DNA of 64,000 nucleotides from an uncultured Phycisphaerales bacterium (GCA_937997415.1 CALKVL010000017.1:44504-108503); one strand, 5' to 3'. Shown: positions 50,810 through 59,581, counted from the stretch's first letter. Notes: generated from the sequence alone by a model not told the origin. Translations and numbers: made by a program.

Positions 50810-51403
50810 ATGAAGACTGTTTCCGTTCTTGCGTTGATCGCGTTGGCCGGCGCGGCTCAGGCCACCATCGAACTGCGGGCCGATCCGCTTTCGAGCGCTC
50901 CTTCATACGTGGACCGCGCGGTGGTGTACAGCGGCATTCCTGGTCCGTACAACGCGTTCCCTGCGGCCGGCGGCTCACTTGGCTTTGACGACTACTCGTC
51001 CACCATGGCGAACCCCGTTGAGGGCTTGACTCAGATGCGTTTCGTCGGCGGTGTGACCAACGCCCTCGAGACGGCCCGGTTCGAGTTCTACAGCACGGCC
51101 GGCATCCTGATCAACTCGTTCAACGTGCAGTTCCCGCAGGGTGGGGCATTCATTTGGACGATCACTCTCGGAGCTCCGATTGATATTCCCCAGAACGGCA
51201 TCATGCAGATCGTCGCAACCGGCAACTCCACGGGTCGCTGGTTCTTGACGGGCGTTGCCCCGACGGTCGGCACGAACAGCAACTCTTTCGGGGGTGCCAA
51301 CGGCGGCGCGCTCTTCCACGCCTTTGAACTCACCACCCCGACGCCCGGCGCCCTCGCGGTGCTCGGCCTGGGCGGCTTGGCCATCGGCCGCCGTCGCCGG
51401 TGA
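50810..51403 (+). CDS. PEP-CTERM sorting-domain protein (exosortase substrate candidate)
   Basis: AAGGAG upstream of the start. Signal peptide: MKTVSVLALIALAGAAQA. C-terminus: TPTPGALAVLGLGGLAIGRRRR, a PEP-like motif followed by a TM segment and an Arg cluster. Confidence 0.8.
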   Translation: MKTVSVLALIALAGAAQATIELRADPLSSAPSYVDRAVVYSGIPGPYNAFPAAGGSLGFDDYSSTMANPVEGLTQMRFVGGVTNALETARFEFYSTAGILINSFNVQFPQGGAFIWTITLGAPIDIPQNGIMQIVATGNSTGRWFLTGVAPTVGTNSNSFGGANGGALFHAFELTTPTPGALAVLGLGGLAIGRRRR

Positions 51404-51452
51404 TTCAGACTCCGTTGCCCCGGGGCAATGGACTTCCCAAGGATTTCTCCAA

Positions 51453-51491
51453 ACGGCCCCGCGCTCGACCCGGCGCGGGGCCGTCGTTTTT
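51453..51491 (+). terminator. Rho-independent terminator after the PEP-CTERM gene
   Basis: ACGGCCCCGCGC (51453-51464), 8-nt loop, GCGCGGGGCCGT (51473-51484), then CGTTTTT. Confidence 0.7.
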
Positions 51492-51542
51492 GAGTGCCTT
51501 TGTCGCGTTGGGGCGGACGACCCACGTCCTTATTGGTGCGGT

Positions 51543-52187
51543 TCAGCCGACTCGCCGTGCCACGATGTGGTACAGGTGGTGGTGTTTCGTGATGCCCAAC
51601 GCATCGCCCCCGTCCTTCTCGACTTCCTCGAAATGCTCAAAGTGAAAGCCCTTGAAAAGCTTATCCACTTCTGCGCGCCGCCAATGGCTGGCGGGTCGCA
51701 CCACCGCCCATTCATCGCGGTCCCCGAAGAACTGGCCCGCGAATCGGCCACCGGGCGCGAGACATTGCACGATCCTCTTCCACAGCGAGGGGAACGCCGC
51801 GGGATCGCAGAACGGGAGCGCGAAACTCGCGTTGACCAGGGCCACTTCCCCGGGCCAATCTTCCGCCGCCGCGGCGTCCTCCATCCGAAGCACGCGTGCC
51901 GACAGGGCGTGATGCTGATCACGTGGCACGCTCGCGGATAACCGATCGATCGCCTGACAAGTGGCATCGAACGCCCACACACGCCATCCACGGGCCAGGA
52001 GTTCACGCGTGTCCCTGCCCTCTCCACAGGCGATGTCCACCGCCATCGGTGGGTTTGCAGGGTCTGCTTGCCCGTGCAATCCCGCCGCGCGGATGAGCGT
52101 ATCACGAGGCCCCAGCGACGCCACCGCGTCAAAGTAACGGGGCCAATCCCTCTGGTAATCCGGTGTGATGCTGGGGGGAAGCGTCAT
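51543..52187 (-). CDS. Class I SAM-dependent methyltransferase
   Basis: The VDIACGEGRD motif I and the following LAPGGRF-type motif. Size and pattern match small-molecule methyltransferases. Confidence 0.8.
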   Translation of the reverse strand: MTLPPSITPDYQRDWPRYFDAVASLGPRDTLIRAAGLHGQADPANPPMAVDIACGEGRDTRELLARGWRVWAFDATCQAIDRLSASVPRDQHHALSARVLRMEDAAAAEDWPGEVALVNASFALPFCDPAAFPSLWKRIVQCLAPGGRFAGQFFGDRDEWAVVRPASHWRRAEVDKLFKGFHFEHFEEVEKDGGDALGITKHHHLYHIVARRVG

Positions 52188-52289
52188 GAAATCGAAATGT
52201 TGGAGCCCTTATCGATCACAGGAAAAGAACTGTAGTGTTGAACCCAAGCCCCGCGGCCGCGTGCATCGTTGGGAAACGCCACAACGGCA

Positions 52290-52318
52290 CGGGGCCGCCC
52301 CGAAAGGGAGCGGCCCCG
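52290..52318 (-). terminator. Hairpin terminator downstream of the 726-aa beta-helix gene
   Basis: CGGGGCCGC (52290-52298), 11-nt loop, GCGGCCCCG (52310-52318). The downstream minus-strand sequence is moderately T-rich. Confidence 0.5.
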
Positions 52319-52345
52319 TTGCGCGGCGTGCCTCTCTCTCGACGT

Positions 52346-54526
52346 TCAGCAGCCGCCGCTCTCCCACGCGGCGTAAAAGGCTTCCACATCGGAACCGTCG
52401 ATGCCGCCATCTCGGTTCACGTCGGCTGCATCAACACCGTTCTGCCAATCCGCGAAGAAGGCCTCGACATCACCGCCGTCGATGCCGCCGTCCTGGTTGT
52501 AGTCGGCGGGGCAGGGCGGCGCCTGGAACTCATAAGCGCCGACATCCACGATCGGGGCTGTGCCCGCGCCGAAGTCCGCGGTCGCGGGATCATCGATCAG
52601 GCGGGGCATCCCGGCGAGGTCCCAAGGAGTGATCTCGTTCATGTTGCCGTCGGCATCGGCATCGGTGAAGTCCGTCGGCAACAAACTGTTCGTGCCGCGG
52701 TCGATACAGGGTGAGTTCGTGCTGAGGCGCAAGTCATCGTCGAGGTCGCCGGGGATGTTGTTCGGCCCGTCGTAATCCACGAAGCCCGGCGCGGTCAGGA
52801 AGTTGCCGACGCCGGGGTAGGGCACTCGGTCATCGTCCTGAATATTGCAATACGTAGCGGACATGGTTGAGTCGGGCTGTGCGTGGAGATTCTCGAACTC
52901 TTTGCCCAGCCAGGCGTTGCCCGACGTGTTGTAGTAGATGATGCAGTTGCGGGCCGAGACGGTGGAGGCCCACTCGGCGTACAAACCACCGGATTGAACG
53001 AAGGCCGAGTTGCCGACCACCGTGCAGTTGTAGAGGTGCGCATACCCCGGATCTCCGTCGCCGTTCCCCGGCTTGCGTGCCGCGACTGCGCCGCCCTCGC
53101 CCGCGTAACCGCCGCTGAAGACGCTGTTGGCGATCCAGGCGGTGCCCCCTTCGATGCAGACTCCCGACCCAGAACCGTTCACCGTGGCCTGGTTGCCTAT
53201 GAACCTGCATCGGTTGATCCGCAGGACCGGCGCGAACCAGCCGCTCTGGCCGCGGAAGTCGATCGCACCGCCGTGCTTGTCCGATGTGTTGTTCAAGAAC
53301 AGACAGGCTTCGAAGGTCGGCCCGCTCGAGCCTTCGCAGAAGACCGCGCCGCCGACTCCGTCCGCGTTGTTGCCGACAAACCGCACGTTACGGAAGGTGG
53401 GAGAAGCATTGGTGATCCACGCTCCTCCGCCCTTGTTGTCGTTGCCTGCGGCGTTGTGGTTGCCCCCGGTGATGGTGACGCCGTCGAGCACGGCTGTGCT
53501 GTTGACGTTGGTGATGCGCAGGACGTGGTACGAGTTGTCGCTGGTGAGTTGGCTCGCGATATCCCCGCTGAGGTAGACGGCGTTTGATTCCGGATCTCGC
53601 TGCGAGGCGAGGGATTCGATGCCGGCGAATCCCCCGAGGATCCTGCACCCTTGCACGAGTTCGAACGAGGCGTTGCGGTTGATGTTGTTCGGGGAGCCTG
53701 TCGGGTAATAGGTTCCTTCGGCGACCCAGATTTCACTGATCGCACCCTGCGATGCCTTGGCGAAATCGATGGCGTCGGTCAGGCGGGTGAAAGCGTTGGT
53801 CCACGACAAGCCCGTGTTCGCGCCCGATGCATCCTTGTCCACGTACAGGCGACTCTGGTTGATCTTGACCAGTTGGATGCCATTGATCGCGGCCCGCTCC
53901 TGATCGGTCCATCCGCAGTTGGCCTTGATCTGGACAACGGGCGAACCGCTCCCTATCACGAGCGTGCCGACCACGTAGTTGGTGCCGCGGATCCATGAGT
54001 TGGCGGGAACGGGCTGGCCGCCGCAGTTGGCGGAGAACTGCGTGACTCCCCCAACGGTGGCGGTGATGGAACTGCTGTAATAGTTCGTGAAACCCCACGA
54101 ATCGATCCACGAACCCGCGGAGCCGGGCAGCGCGGAGTAGACATAGACACGGTACAGACCTTGTGAAAGCCCGTTGAGGGAAACACCGCAGGAAGCACCG
54201 AGACCTGAGACGCTCATGTAGTCGAAGATCAGTCTGCTGTAGTCCGTGGTCGCTCCCGATACGGAACTCGAAGACGAGGAGCCGTTGAGTTTCGTGCAGG
54301 AGACTCCCGAGGAGGTGCCGTTCAGAGCCAGGAGGGAAACGGGGCCGCCGGAGTTGGCAAGAAAGGAGTTCCAATGTCCGACCTGGCCGCCCGCCGCGGT
54401 GTACGCGATGGATGGGGTCCCGGACCCGGTGCCGCTCGACTGGTCAATGTCGATATTCAACGACTGTGCGAGCGCGGGGCAGGCCGTCACGATACAGGCG
54501 AGAATGAGAGCGTGGGCGGGTTGCAT
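52346..54526 (-). CDS. Secreted right-handed beta-helix (pectate-lyase-fold / Pmp-repeat-like) protein with C-terminal Cys-terminated dockerin-like module
   Basis: Start re-picked at MQPAHALILACIVTACPALAQS (signal peptide). Repeats of the GGA(I/V)...N(S/C)xFxxN type. The protein ends ...CPADYNQDGGIDGGDVEAFFADWQNGVDAADVNRDGGIDGSDVEAFYAAWESGGC. Confidence 0.85.
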   Translation of the reverse strand: MQPAHALILACIVTACPALAQSLNIDIDQSSGTGSGTPSIAYTAAGGQVGHWNSFLANSGGPVSLLALNGTSSGVSCTKLNGSSSSSSVSGATTDYSRLIFDYMSVSGLGASCGVSLNGLSQGLYRVYVYSALPGSAGSWIDSWGFTNYYSSSITATVGGVTQFSANCGGQPVPANSWIRGTNYVVGTLVIGSGSPVVQIKANCGWTDQERAAINGIQLVKINQSRLYVDKDASGANTGLSWTNAFTRLTDAIDFAKASQGAISEIWVAEGTYYPTGSPNNINRNASFELVQGCRILGGFAGIESLASQRDPESNAVYLSGDIASQLTSDNSYHVLRITNVNSTAVLDGVTITGGNHNAAGNDNKGGGAWITNASPTFRNVRFVGNNADGVGGAVFCEGSSGPTFEACLFLNNTSDKHGGAIDFRGQSGWFAPVLRINRCRFIGNQATVNGSGSGVCIEGGTAWIANSVFSGGYAGEGGAVAARKPGNGDGDPGYAHLYNCTVVGNSAFVQSGGLYAEWASTVSARNCIIYYNTSGNAWLGKEFENLHAQPDSTMSATYCNIQDDDRVPYPGVGNFLTAPGFVDYDGPNNIPGDLDDDLRLSTNSPCIDRGTNSLLPTDFTDADADGNMNEITPWDLAGMPRLIDDPATADFGAGTAPIVDVGAYEFQAPPCPADYNQDGGIDGGDVEAFFADWQNGVDAADVNRDGGIDGSDVEAFYAAWESGGC

Positions 54527-54759
54527 GTGGTCGATCCTTTCAGGTGGTGTGCGTGTACCCGATACATCCCACCATGGCACCGTTCGGCACTATGCCGATA
54601 CGCGGGTGGGTGATTCAGATCGGGTCGAGGCGGGTGTCAAACCTGACCTCGTACGGACTCATGCGCGAATGGTGCAGCGATCGGCTAGGAGATTCTCCGA
54701 CAGGCTACCCTCCGCCGAGTCCGTACCACACGACACCCGATCACCAACCCGGAGAACAC

Positions 54760-55245
54760 ATGGCGAAGAAAAAATCAAAGAAGGCAGCATCCAAAGCCGC
54801 GAAGAAGCCCGCGAAGAAAAACGCAGCGAAGAGTGCGAAGAAGAGAGCAGCAACCGCCAAGGGTCCGCGAGCGATGAGCACCGGCAGGGGGGCAACACCG
54901 CTTGAGATCGGATCAAGACTTGTCGCGGATTTCAACGCGGGCAAGTGGGAACTGACCGATGCCTGGAGCAAGGACCTGGTCAGCATCGAAGGACTGGGCG
55001 TGGCCATGGCCTGGGAGGGGCGCAGGGCCGTGGATGAGAAGAACGCGTGGTGGGCGAGCACGCATAAGGTCTACGGCGGGCGGGCCGAGGGACCCTTCGT
55101 CGGCGCGACGGGCTTCGCGGTCAAGTTCACGATCGACGTCGAGGACACGACCACCGGCAAGCGTGAAACCATGGTCGAGGTCGGCGTGTACACCGTGAAC
55201 AATGGCAAGATCATCCGGGAAGAGTTCATGTACTTCGCCGGTTGA
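54760..55245 (+). CDS. NTF2/SnoaL-like fold protein with Lys/Ala-rich (histone H1-like) N-terminal tail
   Basis: GGAG lies 6 nt upstream of ATG 54760. MAKKKSKKAASKAAKKPAKKNAAKSAKKRAATAK is followed by ...MVEVGVYTVNNGKIIREEFMYF, which is typical of the SnoaL-like C-terminus. Confidence 0.6.
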   Translation: MAKKKSKKAASKAAKKPAKKNAAKSAKKRAATAKGPRAMSTGRGATPLEIGSRLVADFNAGKWELTDAWSKDLVSIEGLGVAMAWEGRRAVDEKNAWWASTHKVYGGRAEGPFVGATGFAVKFTIDVEDTTTGKRETMVEVGVYTVNNGKIIREEFMYFAG

Positions 55246-55414
55246 GCGTGGGATTGCCCGATCACAGAACAGACCCGGGTGCTCCCGAGCACCGCGGATG
55301 AGGTGATGATATTCGCCCGAAAATGTGCCTGAACGGCCTACCCGTACTGAGAACCCGAGCTCGACGCTCATGCAGGATCTCGCATCATCGCGGCTCGCGA
55401 TGATGGGCGCGGTC

Positions 55415-55514
55415 TGCACCGGCGACTTCAACCGCGACGGCGGCGTTGACGTCGCTGATGTCGAGTATTTCTTTGAACGCCGGCAATCGGGATGCCGATT
55501 CGGTATCGGCGTGA
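55415..55514 (+). pseudogene. Decayed fragment of a dockerin-like module (one Ca-loop repeat, frameshifted)
   Basis: It translates as CTGDFNRDGGVDVADVEYFFE. The homologous continuation (NAGNRDADSVSA-stop) appears only in the +1 frame. There is no credible upstream coding region. It lies in the intergenic gap before the convergent GT28 gene. Confidence 0.25.
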
Positions 55515-55536
55515 TCCGGGGCGATCGTGTCGCCTG

Positions 55537-56721
55537 TCACAACATCGCCGCGATGGGAGCGGATGGCGTTCTGGACTCGCCGGACTCAGATAGCCTGCTG
55601 ATAACCATCGCGGCATCGAGCGCGGCGCAGGGTTTGCCGATCAACCCGGCATACCGAGACATCGCTGTGAGACGATCCGGCTCTTCGAGCAGCTCCGCCG
55701 CGACCTTGCCGGCCTGTTTCGGCTCCGGTTCCATCAACGCGGCCCCGGCACGGACCAGCATATCCGCGTTGCGTTCCTCTTGTCCGGGAATGGGCTTCAG
55801 CAGCACCATCGGCAGGCTCATCGCCGCGGCCTCCGCGGTCGAGAGTCCGCCCGGCTTGCCCACCATTAAGTCCGCGGCGGCCATGTACTCGTGCATCAGG
55901 CGCGTCTCGCCCAACACGTGGAATCTCGACCCAGCCGTGTGGTTGCGCAGCGTTTCGCTTAGACGCCTGCGTAGTCGCTCGTTGCGGCCGCAGACAACGA
56001 TCGCCGTGGCCCGGCTCTGTGCATCGATCAGACCCTCGACAACCCGGTCAAGCCCCCCCAGACCAAGACCGCCTCCGCTCAGCAGCAACACCGGACCATG
56101 TCTGGGGAGACGGTGGCGTTCTCGTGCCATGAGTTTGGCGATTGGACGAGAAAAGACCGGATCGATCGGGATGCCGGTCACGGCGATGCGGTGCGTGTCC
56201 ACGCCCCTTTGTTGGAGCGTGGCCGCTGCGGTCCGCGTTCCTACCAGATACATGTCAACACCCTCTACCTGCCAGATCGCGTGCGGGTGCTGATCGGTCA
56301 CGACCACGCACAGTCGTGCCGAGAGAACTCCTTTCAATCGAGCGGCGCTCAACACGCGAGCACACGCGAAATGGGTGCAGACGAGAGTGCCCGCTTCACG
56401 CACCGTTTTCAACCGGGTGAACGGGGTCAACGCGTGCTGCTCGATCATCGCGGCCATCCAACCGCCCGCACGACCCTGCGGGGCGTTGTCCATTCGATCG
56501 TACAACCAGCCCGCCACGCGTGGCAGACGGCTCATGGTCGCGAGATAACCGTCCCGATAGCCGTGGACAAACCAGGCGGGAGCGTGCTCCAGCGCCTCGA
56601 TCGTTTCAACCGCGCCGTACCGCGCCAACTCCGAGAACGCCGCGCTCAGGGCGTGGGCCGCACGGGTGTGGCCGGAACCGATTTCGGCGGTGCAGAGCAC
56701 CACCCCGGACTGGTGATTCAT
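55537..56721 (-). CDS. MGDG synthase / UgtP-like glycosyltransferase (GT28 family)
   Basis: VVLCTAEIGSGHTRAAHAL N-terminal motif, LLLSGGGLGLG, and a C-terminal GT-B region (GKPGGLSTAEAAAMSLPMV). Confidence 0.85.
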   Translation of the reverse strand: MNHQSGVVLCTAEIGSGHTRAAHALSAAFSELARYGAVETIEALEHAPAWFVHGYRDGYLATMSRLPRVAGWLYDRMDNAPQGRAGGWMAAMIEQHALTPFTRLKTVREAGTLVCTHFACARVLSAARLKGVLSARLCVVVTDQHPHAIWQVEGVDMYLVGTRTAAATLQQRGVDTHRIAVTGIPIDPVFSRPIAKLMARERHRLPRHGPVLLLSGGGLGLGGLDRVVEGLIDAQSRATAIVVCGRNERLRRRLSETLRNHTAGSRFHVLGETRLMHEYMAAADLMVGKPGGLSTAEAAAMSLPMVLLKPIPGQEERNADMLVRAGAALMEPEPKQAGKVAAELLEEPDRLTAMSRYAGLIGKPCAALDAAMVISRLSESGESRTPSAPIAAML

Positions 56722-57542
56722 GTCACGACCTCGGCATCCTCCCCGGTACCGAGTTCGATCGGCTCGGACAGTTCACGTTTGACCTCGATCCCAGCCCCCG
56801 CCAGCAGGCTCTCCACACAGAGCAGTTCGAGTCTGCCGTCATGATGCTCGACCAACGCCGTCGCCCGCTCAATCCAATCGCCGCAGTTGGCGTAGATCAT
56901 TCCGCCCTCGCGGTCAACAAGGGCCGCCTTGTGGACATGCCCGCACACGACCCCGTGCAGGTTCCGGCGGGAGGCCTCGCCCAGGAGCGCTGCCTCGTAG
57001 TTCGAAACGAACGTGCACGCGGACTTCACCCTCGACTTGATGGCCGCGGCGAAACTCCATCGCCGCAGACCGAAGGCGGCTCGGCAAGCGTTGACCGCAC
57101 GGTTGATCGTCACGAGGTGGTCGTACGCCCAGCCTCCGACCATGGACAACAAGCGCGAGTTCTGGACCACCAGGTCGAACTCATCGCCGTGGGTGACGAG
57201 CAGGCTGCGGCCATCGGCCGTGCGATGGATCGCTCTCATGGCCAGCCTGACGCCACCGAAATCCAGGCCAACGTACTGCCGCAGGGCGTCGTCGTGGTTG
57301 CCGGGGATGTACATCACCGCCACCCCCTTGCGGGCCATCTTCAGGATGCGGCGGATGACCTGGTTGTGGGACGCCGGCCACCTCCAGCGGGCCTTGAGCG
57401 ACCAGAGGTCGATGATGTCGCCGACGAGGTAGAGCCGCTCGCAGCGCACATGCTTCAGGAATGCGGCCAACTGCTCGGCCAGCACGCCGTTCATGCCAAG
57501 ATGGGTGTCGCTAATGAAGATCGATCGGTAGTTCAGTTCCAT
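56718..57542 (-). CDS. LpxH-like metallophosphoesterase (UDP-2,3-diacylglucosamine diphosphatase family)
   Basis: IFISDTHLG, LYLVGDIIDLW, IPGNHDD, VTHGDEFD and VCGHVH are calcineurin-like phosphoesterase motifs in the LpxH order. The stop overlaps the GT28 start. Confidence 0.85.
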   Translation of the reverse strand: MELNYRSIFISDTHLGMNGVLAEQLAAFLKHVRCERLYLVGDIIDLWSLKARWRWPASHNQVIRRILKMARKGVAVMYIPGNHDDALRQYVGLDFGGVRLAMRAIHRTADGRSLLVTHGDEFDLVVQNSRLLSMVGGWAYDHLVTINRAVNACRAAFGLRRWSFAAAIKSRVKSACTFVSNYEAALLGEASRRNLHGVVCGHVHKAALVDREGGMIYANCGDWIERATALVEHHDGRLELLCVESLLAGAGIEVKRELSEPIELGTGEDAEVVT

Positions 57543-58035
57543 GCAGTTCCCCCGAGAGAACCAAGATTCGCAGACCAGAACATTGCGCTGCGAATCGGCT
57601 AAAGTCGCGGGATTCAGTTATCTTCTTCAGAGCCGTTTGCGAAGTCTGGCGCTTTGCTTACGCACTCTGAACCTGTTGTGAACAATCAGTTCTCTTTCGG
57701 ACCTGACGGGCTGTCCAGAATGCGCCGGGCATGGCACGATCGAAGGAGTTCCGGGCCGATCCTGAGGGCGATAGCCGATACCGAGAAGAAACGACTCTGA
57801 ACGGTGTCAGAGGAGCCGCTCGTCTCAGGATCGGCACGAGTCCCTTCAAGAAAGCCGGCACCTCGTGACGAAAACTCAAGCCCGTATCGGAGTCATGCTC
57901 CCGGCGCACCGATTCATAACGAGTCGGACGCCACGGTGCCGGGCCTTGAACATGCTATCCTCAGCCGGTCAATATCGCGATCCGCGTTGCGCAACGCTCG
58001 ATATTCGTGCACGACTCTTGAGAACCATTGATTCC

Positions 58036-59082
58036 ATGCCCACACTCGCCTACGCCGCCCAGTCCCCCACATCACCGATCGCTCCATTCTCGATTGTTCG
58101 GCGTGATCCGCTTCCTTCGGATGTTGAGATCGATATTCTGTACTGTGGGGTCTGTCATTCGGATCTTCACTTTGCACGCAATGAGTGGGGTTTCACGGCC
58201 TATCCGGTTGTTCCTGGTCACGAGATTCTGGGGCGGGTCACGCGCATCGGCGAGAAGGTGACGAAGTTCAAAGTTGGTGATCTCGCGGCGGTGGGGTGTC
58301 TGGTCGATTCCTGCCGCACCTGCGCCAGTTGCCGCGCGGGCAGCGAGCAGTTCTGTCTGGGAGGCCCCGTGTTTTCTTATAACGGGCCGGACAAGCATTC
58401 GGGCGGGATGACGTTCGGCGGGTACTCGGAACGCATCGTGTGCGATGAGGCATACACACTGAAGGTGCCCTCCGGCCTCGATCCGGCACGGGCCGCGCCG
58501 CTCCTGTGCGCGGGGATCACCACGTATTCACCTCTGCGCAAGTGGGGCGCTGCAAAGGGAAAGAAAGTCGGCATTGTCGGCCTCGGCGGCCTGGGGCACA
58601 TGGGTGTGAAGTTCGCCCACGCCTTCGGGGCGCACACGGTCCTTTTGACCACGTCGGAGAGCAAGATCGCCGACGGCAAGCGTCTTGGTGCGGACGAGGT
58701 GGTGATCTCGAAGAACGCTGACGCGATGGCGAAGCACGCCGGCAGTTTCGACATGATTCTCGATACCGTTTCCGCCGATCACGATCTGAATGCCCTCATC
58801 GGACTCCTGAAACTCGATGGTTCGCTCGTCATCGTGGGCGCACCGCCGAACCCGTTGCCGCTCGCCGTGTTCGGCCTGCTGATGCCGCGGCGTCATGTCT
58901 CGGGATCGTTGATCGGCGGCATCGCCGAGACGCAGGAGATGCTTGACTTCTGCGGGAAGCACAACGTCGTGTGCGATATCGAACTGATCCGCATGCAGCA
59001 GATCAACGAGGCGTACGAGCGGATGCTGCGCAGCGATGTCAAGTACCGCTTTGTCATCGACATGGCGTCGATCAGGGGCTGA
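58036..59082 (+). CDS. Zinc-dependent NAD(P) alcohol dehydrogenase (cinnamyl-ADH/YahK-like)
   Basis: Internal ATG 58036 of ORF 57865..59082. GVCHSDLH, GHEILG, a CxxCxxC structural-zinc cluster (CRTCASCRAGSEQFC) and the GLGGLGHMG Rossmann motif. Confidence 0.9.
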   Translation: MPTLAYAAQSPTSPIAPFSIVRRDPLPSDVEIDILYCGVCHSDLHFARNEWGFTAYPVVPGHEILGRVTRIGEKVTKFKVGDLAAVGCLVDSCRTCASCRAGSEQFCLGGPVFSYNGPDKHSGGMTFGGYSERIVCDEAYTLKVPSGLDPARAAPLLCAGITTYSPLRKWGAAKGKKVGIVGLGGLGHMGVKFAHAFGAHTVLLTTSESKIADGKRLGADEVVISKNADAMAKHAGSFDMILDTVSADHDLNALIGLLKLDGSLVIVGAPPNPLPLAVFGLLMPRRHVSGSLIGGIAETQEMLDFCGKHNVVCDIELIRMQQINEAYERMLRSDVKYRFVIDMASIRG

Positions 59083-59581
59083 TCGGGGCTTCGTCCAGCA
59101 CGAGCATCACGACTTCACCCGCTGTGTAGCGGTCCGTTTCATGCCCCATGAACGTTCCGTTACGCCTGAACCCGCACCGCTCCAGCACTCGGATCGAGGC
59201 GACATTCGTTACGGCGGCGTACGCATGAAGCGGACGCCTGCGCGTCAACTCCAGAAAAGCTGCCAGCGCCCGGGTCGCCAAACCTCTGCCCCAGTGCGAG
59301 CGTGCGATCCAGTACCCCACCATGACGCGGGAGTCCATCTCGAAACAGGAAATCCCGCCGACAACCTCGCCGTCGTGCATGATGATGCGGTGAAGCCCGT
59401 CAGGGTCGGCGAGCGACTTGCTCCAGAGGTCGCGGAACGCGGACTCGCTCCGCGGCTTGGTGCCGGCCATTCGATTGGCCTCGGGGTCGCACTGCATGGC
59501 GTACAACACATCGACATCGGCGGGGCACACCGGTCGCAAAAGTCCTGATGGCGGATCGGCTTGCACGACGGTGGTGGGCAT
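59072..59581 (-). CDS. GNAT family N-acetyltransferase
   Basis: WGRGLATRALAAFL (acetyl-CoA binding motif A) and VASIRVLERCGFRR. Confidence 0.85.
   Translation of the reverse strand: MPTTVVQADPPSGLLRPVCPADVDVLYAMQCDPEANRMAGTKPRSESAFRDLWSKSLADPDGLHRIIMHDGEVVGGISCFEMDSRVMVGYWIARSHWGRGLATRALAAFLELTRRRPLHAYAAVTNVASIRVLERCGFRRNGTFMGHETDRYTAGEVVMLVLDEAPISP

Noticed and set aside
55325-56293. 322-aa plus-strand ORF
   Set aside because: Except for its first approximately 60 codons (the dockerin-like remnant, reported separately), it is antisense to the GT28 glycosyltransferase gene.
57658-58035. ORF 57658..57909 (minus strand, 83 aa) and the 57-codon upstream extension of the ADH ORF (57865..58035)
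   Set aside because: They have no SD, no motifs and poor third-position GC bias. ADH homologues start at MPTLAYAAQ-type N-termini, and the region is better explained as a divergent promoter/operator region.
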